Below are positions 14,866 to 27,840 of a DNA stretch of 64,000 bases, piece by piece (the first letter of the stretch is position 1; every line of letters starts with the position of its first letter). The DNA is taken from the NCBI GenBank assembly GCA_051362555.1, contig CM120641.1, positions 38,260,401-38,324,400 on the forward strand, read 5' to 3'. Under the pieces are notes generated by a model. The model had not been told where the DNA came from and did not search any database. It saw only the letters and a list, made by a program, of their open reading frames with translations. This DNA comes from Lingula anatina (Eukaryota > Animalia > Brachiopoda). A program made the translations under genes and the position numbers.

Positions 14866-15919
14866 TTTAAAAGAAATAGACTGTAAAAGGCCTTGGCCTA
14901 ATTGACATACAACATGATTCCTCTCGAATTTTTCTCAGATGCTATGCAGGCTGCGAAGGGTTCTTGCAACGAGGCTAATATAGCATGTCGTATAGCCACA
15001 AGGGTTATAGGTCACTACCCAGAGAAGAATCATCTGTTGATAGATGCTGGGTTCCTAGCACTGAGTTTTGATGGAAAGGATGCTCAGTCAGGAGGATATG
15101 GGATGACAGTACAAGGCCATCCTGAGCTGAGGTGAGAAGCCATTTTGTTTTATTTGAAAGATGATTGACTTTTTTGAGAGAGAGAGAGAGAGAGAGAGTT
15201 TCAGAGAGAAAGAGAGGTTTGACTGATACAATTTGTCACCTTTAATAGATTGATTTCCTTATCTAATTAAGTTTAAACTAAAATATATATATATTTATTC
15301 ATGTACACATTGTGATACTTTGTTTTGATATAAGAACTAATGTATTTGACTGTGAAATTTTAATTGTAACTTTTCCAGAATATTCAAGATGACACAGGAA
15401 ATTGGATTTATTCAGGCAAAAGAAGGCACTTTAGACTTTGAGAAATATGCTGTTGGATCTATGATATTCATTTACCCTTATCATGTATGTTCCCTTTGAA
15501 GCTTTTTCTTTGGATAGGAGGAGGTTTAAATAAAAGTTAATCTGGTCTAAATAATTCAATTTGTTTTATTTTATACTTTAAATATATATTTTCCTGTTTT
15601 TTGTTATTTCTGTCTTATTTTGGTAGAAAGTAGAAAATTGCTTCCAAACCCTTTTAGGCTTGTCTGCTTTAATCTCATACTCAAATGAGTATGTGACAAA
15701 AAAAGGAGTAATTAAGATTCTCTAGCTCCCTTCAGTCATTGGAGTGCTAGAGAAATACTCTTGTTGGAGTATACAAATCCCTGCAGCCACCTTATTCAAT
15801 GAGATTTTTTCCTTGATTTATATTTTCAGTCTTGTGCATCAGCAGCTCTCTTTCCTGAGTACATTGTCCACTCTGGTGGTAATATTGTGGGTACTTGGAA
15901 AACTATCAACGGCTGGTGA
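12842..15919 (+). CDS. D-serine dehydratase / D-threo-3-hydroxyaspartate dehydratase-like enzyme (DSD1 family, fold-type III PLP, Zn-dependent), 8 coding exons
   Basis: Exons approximately 12842-12996, 13230-13367, 13468-13610, 14147-14327, 14491-14611, 14939-15131, 15379-15484, 15830-15919. Motifs: LQTPCCLVD, LRPHMKTHKT (PLP lysine), VSTLKEAEFYADNGFDDILYAYP, GIYSHEGQSY, GATPSCS, EFHPGNYVFYD, LIDAGFLALS, YPYHSC (Zn ligands), terminal WKTINGW*. Confidence 0.92.
14785..14864. repeat. (TA)n/(TG)n microsatellite
   Basis: Direct inspection. Confidence 0.9.
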
Positions 15920-16454
15920 TATTGGCTAGTGATGTTGATGTCAAGATAGAGATGAATTCTTTTTACTACCTTATCAACTGCCAAGGGAAATGCAATTAAA
16001 TATCATGATTAGTAAAATATTGCTCAAAAATTGTGCCACTAAAGAGAGGTTTTAAAGGTTAATTTAAACTAATCTTTTGAATAATTTTATCTATTATACA
16101 TACGCATGAAAGTTTAGCATTCAGCTATGCAAGTTAAAGTTATATATTTAGAACTTGAGAAATCATTATCTGTGATTCTTTGTTATTATTGATAAGAAAA
16201 TGGACACTGGAAATGTTTCACAGATTGTATATTTTTTCTTTCCGTTCCATTGTGATTTTCAATTACATGGAATATCTATGTGTTTGTATACATTATGTTC
16301 TATGGACATATTTTAAAAAGGCAGTGTTGTATTTACCTAATCTATATCTCTTAGAAAATGATTGACATAGTAATTTCAATTAGATGAAACTTAAAAATTA
16401 AATGCTCATGGTGCTTTGTATCCATGGATTTGTAAGCTTGCTATGATCAATAAA

Positions 16455-16974
16455 ATGAAGTATAGATACAAAAACCACAAGACCTCTTTCAACTACTTAT
16501 CCAAACACCACCATACCTCATTAAGCAACTATATTTGGACTCTTAAGGAAAAAAAAATCAACTATGAACTGAAGTTGTCAATACTAAGGAAAGCACGACC
16601 ATATTCAAACACAACCAAACGGTGTTAGCTCTGCCTATGGGAAAAGTTTAACATCATTACTGCGGAAGGACAGAAAACACTTAACTCAAAAAATGAACTT
16701 GTCAGTAAATGCCGACATTCCAGAAAAAACTTGCTGAAAAACATGGATTATACGCACCGATTTTCCAAAGTTCCTTATATATTTGTCTCAAAACCACAGT
16801 CATTTATAATGTAACGTAACAGAATTCCTTTGTTGCCTGTACGCGCGATGTGGTGCTAACGTCACATGCCTATTTTTTTGTGCTATGTTTTGCATCGACC
16901 ATTTGAAGTCAGTCTCCTTTTATATTTTGATGTGTTTGCGCCCCTGACGAGGCCTCCGGGCTGAAACAGCTGTA
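16455..16974 (+). mobile_element. Penelope-like element 3' fragment (GIY-YIG endonuclease C-terminus), copy A
   Basis: RYKNHKTSF...TSLSNYIWTLKEKK...RPYSNTTKRC*LCLWEK...LNSKNELVSKCRH is typical of PLE endonuclease tails. Followed by a hammerhead core. Confidence 0.85.
16944..16974 (+). ncRNA. Minimal type I hammerhead ribozyme remnant (PLE-associated), mutated copy
   Basis: CTGACGA-GGCCTCCGGGCT-GAAA-CAGCTG-TA. The stem II closing C is T in this copy. Confidence 0.65.
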
Positions 16975-17054
16975 TATATATATAATTTTTTTTCTTGGTT
17001 TCAAGATCAAAGCAAAGTGTACATGACCTATTAATGTATAATTTTTAACACCTA

Positions 17055-18222
17055 TTATTTATTTATTTATTACTAAAACCACCTTAAAAGATGAGTAAAA
17101 AAAATGTGTAAAATAATACAATAAAAACAGTAATTAAAACGATTTTAAGAGCAGTCCCGCCAACACATATTCTTTTGAGAGTCTGTTCTGATAGCTGGGG
17201 CTGTTTACCAAAAATCTCAGCGTATCAACCAGTCCTGCCGGTGCATGCAGGTCCGGGCCAGCATTCCGGATTCCCGACCCACTCAGACATAAGATCGGGT
17301 TCATACCGTAAGAAACAATCCTCTGGAGCAATGACCCCTGCACTATAGAACGATTAAGCATAAAATAAGACAGCTGATGAGTTAAAAGTGTAAGATATGG
17401 TGTGTCAATGCTCATTACCCTGCGGTATAGTGATTCCACATTTCTAGATATAGTGTAACTAATTTTCGGAACATGTAAGGCTTCTAGGAGAGCAGAGGTA
17501 TGAGATCGCGAAGATAAACCCATGAATCTTGTGACCTGTTTGTTTTGTAATGTATCCAGGTCTTTTATATTTTTACGAGACATACAGATGGAGTTAGTTC
17601 CATAGGTTATGACGGGGGACACCAGTGCACCCCATATATACGATTTGGGTTTTGTGTCCAGACCCTTATAGCACACCCCATGCGACATTGCTCCATAATA
17701 CGCCTTGGTTGCAGAACAAATTCTAGCAGCCGTGTGGTCATCCGCCGTGCAGTTGCTATTAAAGGTCATACCCAGAATATTTAAAGAGTCCGTCGTTTCC
17801 ATAGGATATCGACCTAAGAACCACGAAGGGGGTGTTTTTAATAATACTTTTCCTACCGTCATACATTTTGATTTTTTGAGACTAAATTTCATTCTCCAGC
17901 GCAGGGAGAAGTCATAACAGATATTAATCAGCTCTTGAAGTCCAGTCACAGTTGTAGAAAAAATTGTTAAGTCATCAGCATAGGTAATATTATTGTATAA
18001 GTTATTTCCGATTAAAACACCAGCTTTTGTAGAAGATAATTCCTTAAGCAGCTCGTCAATAAAAATGTTAAAAAGGATCGGGGATAAAATACTACCCTGC
18101 CTTGTTCCCCGGGTAATTTTAAAATTAGCACTATATGAGCCTCCCCACCTTACTGAAGCACTTAAACACTTATACAATTTATAAAGATATAACCAATGTG
18201 AATCGGGGAGGACATCAAACAG
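17055..18222 (-). mobile_element. 5'-truncated non-LTR retrotransposon (CR1/L2-group RT C-terminal half)
   Basis: RT motifs GTRQGSILSPILFNIFID, YADD, FSLKKSKCM and LNILG, open to the stop at 17134. (ATAA)n-like 3' tail at about 17055-17071. Absent at the matching position in copy B (about 30087), where a few target bases are present instead. Confidence 0.9.
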
Positions 18223-18547
18223 TTTATGCAAAACTCCCAAAGCAGTATTATATATGATACTCACTGAAGAGCTTCCTTTATTTTGATTGAATAAAAAACT
18301 TGAAAACACTTCTCACATACAGCACTGTGCAATTCCCAAATACCTACATATTAGCCAATTCATATACATTTTAGGTACATATTATTTTATCAAGTGATTT
18401 GTTGGCATTTATATATATTTAATATGTATATCAAATTAAATGAATAAAATAAAAATAAGATTCATGAATTTGTTCATGCAAATGGCACCTTGTGTGAAAA
18501 CAATTCATAGTATTACTAGTAGTAAATTCACTTTATAATTTAAACAT

Positions 18548-20001
18548 TTAGCTCTTGTGAATAGCTTCATGTCTTTTAAGATCTTTCTCGTAAGCGAAAA
18601 CTTTCCAGCAAGAATGGCAGTTGAAAGTCCTAACATTGGTGTGGATCCTCTCGTGGCTGTTACGTGTACCAGATTGCGTAAACCCTTTTCTGCAGAATCT
18701 ACACTTGAATGGTCTTTCTCCTGTGTGAACTTGTTCATGGTTAACAGCAGCAGGCTTCTGCACAAAGCTTCTCTCACAGAAACGGCATTTATGTGGCCTT
18801 TCTCCAGTATGGGTCATTTCATGCATTACTAAACTTCGCCTTGTAGTGAAAGTCTTTCCACAAATCTTACAAACATTTGGCTTCTCACCTAAATGAGATC
18901 TTTCATGAAGAGTAATTCTATACATGGTAGGAAAGTCTTGACCACAGTACTGGCAGATGTACACTTTTGGCTCTCTTGGTTTTGTATGAGTCCATTCATG
19001 GACTTAATAACCATGTTGGATTAGGATGCTTAGAATTAGACAAGATGACTAAGTATTTCTTTCCTGCAACTTTAACTCCACTAGAATCAACCTGTTTAAT
19101 TGATGCGTTTTGGTCAGTTTTTGTTTTTGGTATGATCTGTGTATTTGTAAATGCCTCTTGCTGTCCTTTGGTTTCAGAGACAACTTGAGTCAAAGTATTA
19201 CTGTGATCTGAATCTTGCTCTTTTTTCGTTTCAGAGACAGCGTGAGTAATGGAATTACTGTGAACTGAATCTTGCTCCCAAGTAGTGCCTGAGTCAGCTT
19301 GAATAATAGAGTCACTATGTTCTAAATCTTGCCGTCTTTCAGTGTCAGTGACTGTTTCAGAAATGAAAGTATTCTGCTCTGACTCTTGCTGTCTTCTGGG
19401 GTACAATTTACTATGAGAATTGAAACTGCAATGTGTTGAACTGTGCACCCCGATGGTGTCAGATATAACTGGATGATGAATATTGGTACCACCTTTGCAG
19501 TAGCTGAAATAGAAAACATAAGTTAAAGCTATATATTCATTTATCAACAGTATCATAAAAATACAACTTTTATATTTATTCATGTTGTTTTTTTTCTTAG
19601 TTCTTAATTTCCATTAAAAATCACTTGCATCATCATTGAACTTTAATTTAAAATTAAGGTACGAGAAGATGTCATTGTAAATGATCCACTTTTCAGAAAA
19701 AGACCCCCCCCCCCCCCCCCCCCCCGTGAAATTGCCGGCTATAGACCTACAAATTGTCATATTAAACCAGACATTGATCAAGTTCAAGATAACTTATTTT
19801 AATGGTGAAACTTACTAGTCCATCAAATGTTTTGCCAGGCTTTCATTTGTTTCTAATTGTAGTTGATCTTTTAAAGCATTCCACCTTGGCAATTGCTGAC
19901 CAATGTTTATCCCTATCCCTGATTCCAGAAATTGTTCCAAGGGCCTGATGACCTTCTCTTGAGATGGTGTCCCTTCAAACTGAGAACCTTCAAACTGAGA
20001 A
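18548..20001 (-). pseudogene. Truncated duplicate of the THAP-C2H2 zinc-finger gene
   Basis: Near-identical to exons 3-4 of the gene at 30419-34574. It lacks the THAP exons, has an approximately 530-bp frameshifting deletion at about 19000 that removes the linker and first two fingers, and has an altered exon-3 start. The last five C2H2 fingers are retained. Confidence 0.85.
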
Positions 20002-20584
20002 CCTGAATTGATTAATAGTAGAAAACTGCATGAGGGAAATGGTTCTTAATTTATTTGCTTTGAAGAAAATGAAGTTATTCTATCAAGTAAAACTGTCATT
20101 CTTTGCTAGTGGTTACAAAATTTTGAATTTTACCGAAAATTTCAAACTTTCTCTGGGAAGCTGTAATTTTGCAATGTGACAGCCACACCATCACAGTTTA
20201 TCATTTCATCAAAAGGGAAACAGCAGATGCCCTTGTCAGGGCACACAGGAGAGTTGAACAGCTATACCCTCCAAATCCAAGACGCCTTACATGGGAGATA
20301 TAATTAGCACTAAAACTAATGAAAATCTAATGGAATGTTTTTAGTTTTAGTTTAAATCATAAGGGGGTGTTGTCTCAATGCTTTAATTGAAGAATTCAAT
20401 CCACATTTCATTATTGATAAAAATGGTGAATATGTCTGACACGGTAAAGTTAGTGAAGCGGGAACAAAAACTTTTTATAATCATGTAAATAATAACAATA
20501 TTTTTGCTATTTACCACACATACTTCAAGCATGAGAGGAACATCACTCTCACACACTTTTAAATTGGAATTGACAAACACAGAG

Positions 20585-20757
20585 TCGGGGTAGTGCTAGC
20601 AATTTTTTTCGCTAAGCCATATCACCACACTTTTGTCAATTTGTTATCAAAATGGTTATAATTTGGCTAAAACATATCAAATCTAGCCCTTTTTCTTTAG
20701 CCAATTTCAGTCAGTTTTAGCATTTGGCTAAATTGGCGAGTGTTAGCGCTACCCCAG
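20585..20757. mobile_element. Small TIR MITE with an apparent 5-bp TSD
   Basis: ggggtagtgcta...tagcgctacccc inverted ends, with cagag on both sides. The terminal bases are mismatched. Confidence 0.5.
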
Positions 20758-21231
20758 CAGAGAAATGATGCACATATTTTTTTTTTACTATAACTCTGTT
20801 ACATGGGAAACACACTGAACAAAGTTGATCTAAAGAATGTTCCAGAGTGTATAATACAAGGAATCTTTTTACTCTGATAACAAAAAATGGGTACGGAACC
20901 CAAGTTTAAGACTGGATTCCTATACTTAGATCGATCCATCTGGATCAACCTAGCTCCCTGGGGGTTCATGCTATCAGCTCAAGAGGCTTAAATGACTGTC
21001 ATGCCTACAGAATCAGCTAGGGGTAAAGATAATTACCCCCTAACTGTAACAGTTTTACTAGGTGTGACAGACCTTTAAGCCATTTAGTTTGATAGAAATT
21101 TAGTGAGATACATCGATCCAAATATTTGTGGAAATGGTCCCTCAGATGGTTTTAATCTTTCTTCAGCACATATTTTTAAAGAGTAAAATTGATCTTATTT
21201 TATCTAATTTTGACAGACCATATTCAACTTT

Positions 21232-22494
21232 TCATTTTATACTTATATGTATAAATATGACAATAAATAGTTTTACTATTATGGTTAACACTATGGATAT
21301 TGTAAAACAAGCACTTTTCATTTTTGCCTCCCGTTGACTTTCAAGCTGTCTTCTTTCCAGTCTCCAACAAAGGACTTGTTTACAAGTACACTCACCTTCA
21401 ACTGTCACACATGCTTCACAGAAGCAGGATCGCTCCTTATAGCTCACAACAAATGGAGTGTGGCCCCGTAATGATCTTTTCAAGTTGATTGCAGCTCTCT
21501 TCTCAGGGGTCAAAGCAGCTCTATATTTTCTTTTCCTTTCTCTTTCTTTTTTTCGCTTTGCTGCTAACGAAGTTCTTGTATTAACAGTTGGATTGGCACT
21601 TACTGGTTCTCCTTTCGTTCTTGTATTAACAGTTGGATTGGCATTTACTGGTTCTCCTTTCTCTTTTTTTTTCTGGCGGTATTTCTGTGTCCGAAGCCTG
21701 CTCTTTTCCTTGCCCCGTAATGATCTTTTCAAGTTGATTGCAGCTCTCTTCTCAGGGGTCAAAGCAGCTCTATATTTTCTTTTCCTTTCTCTTTCTTTTT
21801 TTCGCTTTGCTGCTAACGAAGTTCTTGTATTAACAGTTGGATTGGCACTTACTGGTTCTCCTTTCGTTCTTGTATTAACAGTTGGATTGGCATTTACTGG
21901 TTCTCCTTTCTCTTTTTTTTTCTGGCGGTATTTCTGTGTCCGAAGCCTGCTCTTTTCCTTGTCTGCTTTTTTCTGTTCCTCAGACCTGTTAGCCCTGTAT
22001 TCTTTTGCCTTTTTTCTCTGTTTTTCTAGGTATTTGGCATACTGTAACTTTGCCCGTAACTTCTCTCTATATCTGCGCATTCTCTTTGCAGAAGGTGTAA
22101 TGTTATCACTCATCCCAGGTGAGGCCAGTGGTGCCACTGATGTTTGGCTATCAATGTCTGAGTATATGCCCCTTTTTCTGTCGTACAATCTGGCTGAAAC
22201 TTTGAGTGGGGTCTTGTCAGGCTCTGCTAAAACAGTCATAGATAGGAATAATATATATTATAATATAACGCAAAACTAGACAGTCATGAAACACAAGTTA
22301 AACTGGGGATATTGCATTTATCTTATTCAGTTATTAATATGTTATATATAATGTTATATATGTGTGTGTGTGTGTGGTGTGTGTGTGTGTGTACACATCC
22401 CTCACTGGAGAGCTAAAAGTAGATCTTTAGACTGGTACTGGTGGAGAAGAAAGCAGCATGAAATCTTACCTGAACTACAGTTGTCCTCAGCCAT
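21232..22494 (-). CDS. Transposase remnant: basic N-terminal region fused to a Cys-rich C-terminus, no catalytic core
   Basis: Putative exon 22494-22470 (MAEDNCSS, gtaag donor) splices in phase to 22226-21232. K/R-rich helices (KRMRRYREKLRAK), an 83-aa tandem duplication, then SYKERSCFCEACVTVEGECTC. Confidence 0.55.
21463..21960. repeat. 249-bp tandem duplication, each unit containing a 45-bp internal repeat
   Basis: Two copies starting gccccgtaatgatc at 21463 and 21712. They encode the duplicated 83-aa block with KGEPV[N/S]ANPTVNTRT twice. Confidence 0.92.
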
Positions 22495-23280
22495 TATTGG
22501 GGGTATGCTTGTATGGCTTCAGCTTTGTGATGAAAAAAATACTACCTGTGAAAAGATTTTTGGACTTGTAAAATTCATACTGTGTCCTGTGAAAAAAAAG
22601 TGATCAAACATATCTCAGCATTGCAATGCTTTTCACAGCATTTTGGTTTATATATATCTAATAATATAGACAGTTACTGCACTTCTTCATAATCCGGAGT
22701 TGCTTATTCAAACAAGGTACAGTGCATTATGAACAGCAAACACGCATTAGTTTACTGGGACACATTTTCTTCACCCATTTTTCGGTGCTTCAATGTGTCC
22801 CTGTAACGTACCGGTGTGGCATGATAGACCCGTGCCGTGACGAAACCGTTCTGCACATGCGCATTGAGGGTAGATTGAAAGAAGTAACTTCCGGTATGAC
22901 GATGTCGTCCTAAGTAGGCGCTATGTTTGCACTGAACTATGATCTTTCAATTCATAATTCAGTGGCTTTCGTCATGAGAGAGTATGTATTTGATAATCTT
23001 ATAACTACAGTATACGGGGGAATGTTGGAAGTGAGCTTTTGATCGTGACTGAACTGTTTTGCTCTGTGTGAAAAGCGTGGTAGATCGTAGACTCGAATGT
23101 TTTCACTCTACAATGTTCTTTCAATTCAGAGTTCAGTCATTTTCATTAAAAAGAAATTGTGTGTTTGATAATACTACAACTTTCTCTACGTGGAAATGTT
23201 GGAAATGCATGTGCAGCTACGTACTGTAAGTCAACAGACTGCTACCCCCGCTTGAATAATCCGTCAGAACGGTTTATTCA

Positions 23281-23736
23281 CGGTGTGACTGAATTGCGCA
23301 ATACAGCGCAACACAGTGCAATACACTTCAAAAATCAAATCTAGTTGCTATTACACAAAAGAAATGACCATTCCCAGCAAAGTAGGGTGATATAAAAACA
23401 ACCTATATTACTAGGTTAGTAATATCGTTGATATAACTTAACAAATCAGCAAGACTTTATATTGTCCGGTTGGCAGCCATGTTGGCGAGTGGCTCTTTTG
23501 GATATATTACTGGCCAAGAAGAGCTACTCACCAACATGGCAGCTGACCAAACAATGAAAAAATTGTCAAGTTGTATCAGCAATATTAATTACTATGTACT
23601 ATATTTTGCTTTTATATCACCCTATTTTATTTGAGATTACCCTTTCCTGTGTTTACTTGCAACTGGACTTGTGTTATCAAGTGTATTGCACTGTGTTGCG
23701 CTGTATTGCAGTGTATTGCGCATTTCAGTCACACCC
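23281..23736. mobile_element. Foldback MITE with 9-bp TSD (MULE-like)
   Basis: Long TIRs (ggtgtgactgaa...ttcagtcacaccc; aatacagcgcaacacagtgcaatacac and its complement), an internal palindrome, and gtttattca duplicated on both flanks. Confidence 0.8.
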
Positions 23737-24273
23737 GTTTATTCACGACGACGGTTTCTTCACGTGACACCGGTAGTGACGCGATAAATTCATTTTTGCT
23801 GTTTTTTACAGACGGTTAAATTCTTAACGCACTGAATACAGCGTAGCAGCTTATATTTAAGACAAAACTAAAATATATCTTTCAATATAAATACTATTGA
23901 GTTTTCGAGAACAAGAAAACATGAACAAGGGACATATACGAAAAACGAAAGTTCAGACGAAGTCACCCTACTAATCAGTAAGAATTAAACAATACACATA
24001 TAGATATGTTGAAACAATTGAAGGAAAATGAAACGAAACACAGTATTTCTCACCTTCATACAAGGAAGATCTTTATAGCAGTCCCGCAGCGGTTAAATTT
24101 AGGAAATTACAGGCGGGCCCCGCATCTGGTCTCGACAGCGTCACTGCATATCAGGACACGCGCCAGTTTGAGCTGATGCAAAAGAAGCCATTCGTGTGTA
24201 AGACGTCATCAGTTAGTGAGTATGGAAGAAGATCGCTATCGATGTAGACTATAATTTTCACGCGGCATTTTAA

Positions 24274-26366
24274 AGGGATAATAATTTAACTCTTCGTTTC
24301 GGCCAAAAAATGAATTTTCCTGGAGTAAACAACAAATTTCCTATACTTACCAATGGTTAATGAATCCATTTTAACATTCAAAGTTAGTCCCTGTTTTTTT
24401 CTAAAAAGTTTGGATTTTGTTAAAATCTCTTAAGATGGAGCCATCAATGGAGGTCACGTGGTCTAAAGACAAGCTCAGATATCAGAATAATAGCTATTGA
24501 CCCATTAGAGCCTGCGTCATCAAAACAAACGGCAGCCATTCTGGAGGGAGACCGGAATCGTCTGCTGCGCATGAACAAGCCATGGCTGTAGTTCAGTTTT
24601 CGTTTTCTGTATTTTCTTTGATATTTAACCGAGCAAAATGATGAATTACTGCAGGTTATTTGATCGAGAGAAGATAACTAACTTTACAAGCGTTCACAGG
24701 CTGCCTGCAGTGGTAACAATCCATGGTGAAGGAACTAAAACCATAAACGGAGGAGAGACGGCGAGGTGGCTGTGAATCAAGACTCTTCGGAAAAGTAAAG
24801 GATAAAACTAATTTATTTTATAGCAAAGAATGGAGACCCAGCTGTGCAGATTTTACCATAAAAGAAAAAACAGTAGAAAACCAAAGACCTAGGTGTGTAC
24901 ATTTGGGGCGCACGTACACTACATATATATTTAAAGTAGTGCCCAAAAAGTTTGGGTGGAGAGTGTGTTAATTTGTTAAAACGTGTGGAAATACCCAGGC
25001 AGGGTTTCGACTTTTATAATGAAGACTCACCTATTGCCTTGGGTGTAATTTGTTATCAGTTACGGTGCTCTCTAGATTTTATCGGCTGTCACCTACCTCT
25101 TAAATACCTGGCTAGCATTATTGCCAATTAGTGTCAAGGCTATATTTGTACACAGCTGAGCTGGGCCAATTAAATCAATTACCTGTATGAGGTGCATTTG
25201 GAAGTTAGTGGCTTAATTTTCGATTTGGTGTAGTGATAAGAATAATTTTATTTTGCAAGTAAATTCTACCTCAGGTGTAATTGACATATAACCTCATGAA
25301 ATGAATTTGCACTTTCCTCTGTAAAAATGTTAAATTCTGCTCCTTTCAACTGTAATGTTGTAAGTTACAATATGAATAAAAATCACTATTGTCATCTTTC
25401 TATTAATTGACATTTTGGAAATTGACTGGCATTTCCCACCAAGCCACACTGATTGGGCGCAAGTAAATTATCAAAAAAAAAAAAAAACAGAAATGAAGAT
25501 CAATTCATGAACTGAATTATTGTTATTTTACATTGGACATCATAAATACATAAGTGTGAAAAATGCCTTGCTTCTGTGAATGACTGAATAATAATAAAAT
25601 CCTAACATGTTGCTTATACGAATGGTTGCATTCATGGTGAATAATAAACTCTCTCAAACCACAGTCTTGTTACATGTACTTTCTAATGCACCAATATGAA
25701 GTACAAGGATGCTGAAATAATTTCTGACAGCTTCACGATGTAGAGATAAGTCATATAACTGACAGCAATATTTCATGTCATACTTTATGACAATCCTGCA
25801 TACATTCTTCCTTGAGTCCACAAGGGTTTATCCTGATGATCAGCTCAAATTTCTCCTTATATCTATCCTTTATGAAAAAAGTTGCTTCTATGTAAGGTTA
25901 AACTTATGATTACACATTAAACTCTCTCAAACTATAACTGTTATTACCCAATGAACAAGAAAAATGAAGTACAAGATAACTGAACTATCTTCTGACAACA
26001 CGATGTTGGATAAGTAGCATTTGGTAGGATTCCATGTTTTTAGACTGTCTTGAGTTCATATTGGTCGATCCTGCTGAGCAGCTGACGCTTCAGCTTGTAT
26101 ATATCCTTTTCCCTTTGGTGTACTTGATCGCGATATGAAGTTTGTTTTATTTTATTTGGTTCACCTATATTACCGCTACTATTGCCCGTCGTTCATTCCC
26201 TCCAGCATGGCCGCGGGACTAGTGTTATGGAGCAAATATGACGTCACTGTAATGGGTTAATAACTGCCCTTTTTTTGTGATTAAACAGAATATATTATAT
26301 TTCTATGAGTTATTCACAATGTTTTTATTGTAAAATATAGATCTCATACGAAGAGTTATTATCCCT
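24274..26366 (+). mobile_element. Non-autonomous Kolobok-like DNA transposon
   Basis: TTAA flanks on both sides, AGGGATAATAA..CTCTTCG terminal inverted repeats, and a degenerate THAP-like start at about 24639 (MMNYCRLF..HRLPAVVTIHGEGTK..RWL) resembling Kolobok transposase N-termini. Confidence 0.75.
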
Positions 26367-26796
26367 TTAAAGTCGTCTGATAAAAATCGATCTCTGAAGT
26401 TTCAGCGTAACAAAAGTTACTGTACATTGGGACGCGGTGAAGAAAAATCGACCTTGTTGAGCAAGAAATGTGAAATTCTTAAGAAAACTGATATTAGCAT
26501 GGGCTTCGTGACACAAACTAACCGACAGAGTACTATATGGACGATTGAAGAGTTTTAATACGGAAAGATAGGATTAGATGATATTTTCATTGGGGTGGGA
26601 CGCGGCATATTTTGTAACGTTAGTTATACGTACGCTAATTTTGTGATCATTTTTCAGTGACTGCAAATAAATTTTTATTTAAATAACCATTTGCACATTC
26701 TGTTTGCAGTAGGTGTATTTCCTGTTTCAATAATCCATTCAAACCCTAAACAAACGTTACTGTTCCTAAATATTAGGGGGGTCTGCCATATAGATA

Positions 26797-27840
26797 AACG
26801 TCCCAATAAAATATTCGTCCTGATAGATACGTCTCTATATATACATACACGTCTCAATAGATTTACGACTCGTTAAATTTATGTTCCGATAGATCCACCA
26901 ACAGATTCCTATAAACCCACGTATCTTTAGATACATCTAGGCCTATCTGACATATCGTCATCGGCTAAAAGGCCGATATCAACTTGTGATACAGGTATGA
27001 GGCTTTCGAGTGATAGTCTGGCTGCGAATATATACTGATCCACTTAGTGATCTGACTTAATTACAACCTGATATTTATTATTTATTCATTTATTTATGTA
27101 TTTATATATTTATTAGGTTTTCAAACAAGACAAACATGTACGTTCGCGTCTACACGTCTATCACACTCTAAAGTTCGGGAACGAGTCGCAAACATGAAAC
27201 AGAACACATTTTAAGTGTGCAAATGTTACATGTTGAGAACGCTTTAAACAGTCTTCTGGCGCCAGAACACTGAGCGTTGTGAAATATAGAACACATTTTT
27301 ATGTTCTTTTTTGTTTTGTTTTGTTTTGTTTAGAACACATTTACATGTAAATTCAGAACACTTTTTACGTGTTCAAATGTTACATTTTGAGAACGCTTTA
27401 AACAGTGTTCTGACGCTAGAACAGTAAGCGTTGTGAAATATAGGACACATTTTTATGTTCTTTTTATGTTCTTTCACTGAGTAAATTGTGTGAAAACGAT
27501 CTAGTAGAATATAAATTGCTAAAATGATAAATATGTGTAGGCCTACTTTAAAGAAGTGCATTTTATGTGCTGAGTAGTAGCCTATACCAACTATTTTGAG
27601 CAAAAGCTTACCTGTAATGGATCTATCGGTATTTGGATCTAAAAATACGTGGATCTATAGGTATGCGGATTTAAAGGACGTGGGTTTATGAGGACGTCGT
27701 ATCCATAGGAACGCAAATACATAGGACAGCAGTAAAAAATCGGATCTATCGGTATTTAATCTAAAAAGACGTTTTTTCAGTTTTTCCTTTATGTATCTAT
27801 CGGTAACGGGAGTATAGGGACGTGTAATATTTTGGGACTA
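26797..27840. mobile_element. Degenerate element with subterminal tandem/inverted motifs and an internal direct repeat
   Basis: cgtcccaataaaatatt versus aatattttgggact, with gatagatac/gatctatcgg arrays at opposite ends. An approximately 90-bp direct repeat occurs at about 27221 and 27375. Confidence 0.4.

Noticed and set aside
18223-18309. N-terminus of the 391-aa RT ORF
   Set aside because: This is flanking host sequence, also present at about 30095-30180 without the LINE. The element is 5'-truncated and the start is fortuitous.
21458-22279. 273-aa hydrophobic ORF on the + strand resembling a multi-pass membrane protein
   Set aside because: It is the antisense shadow of the K/R-rich transposon ORF; Lys/Arg/Glu codons read as Phe/Leu/Ser on the other strand.
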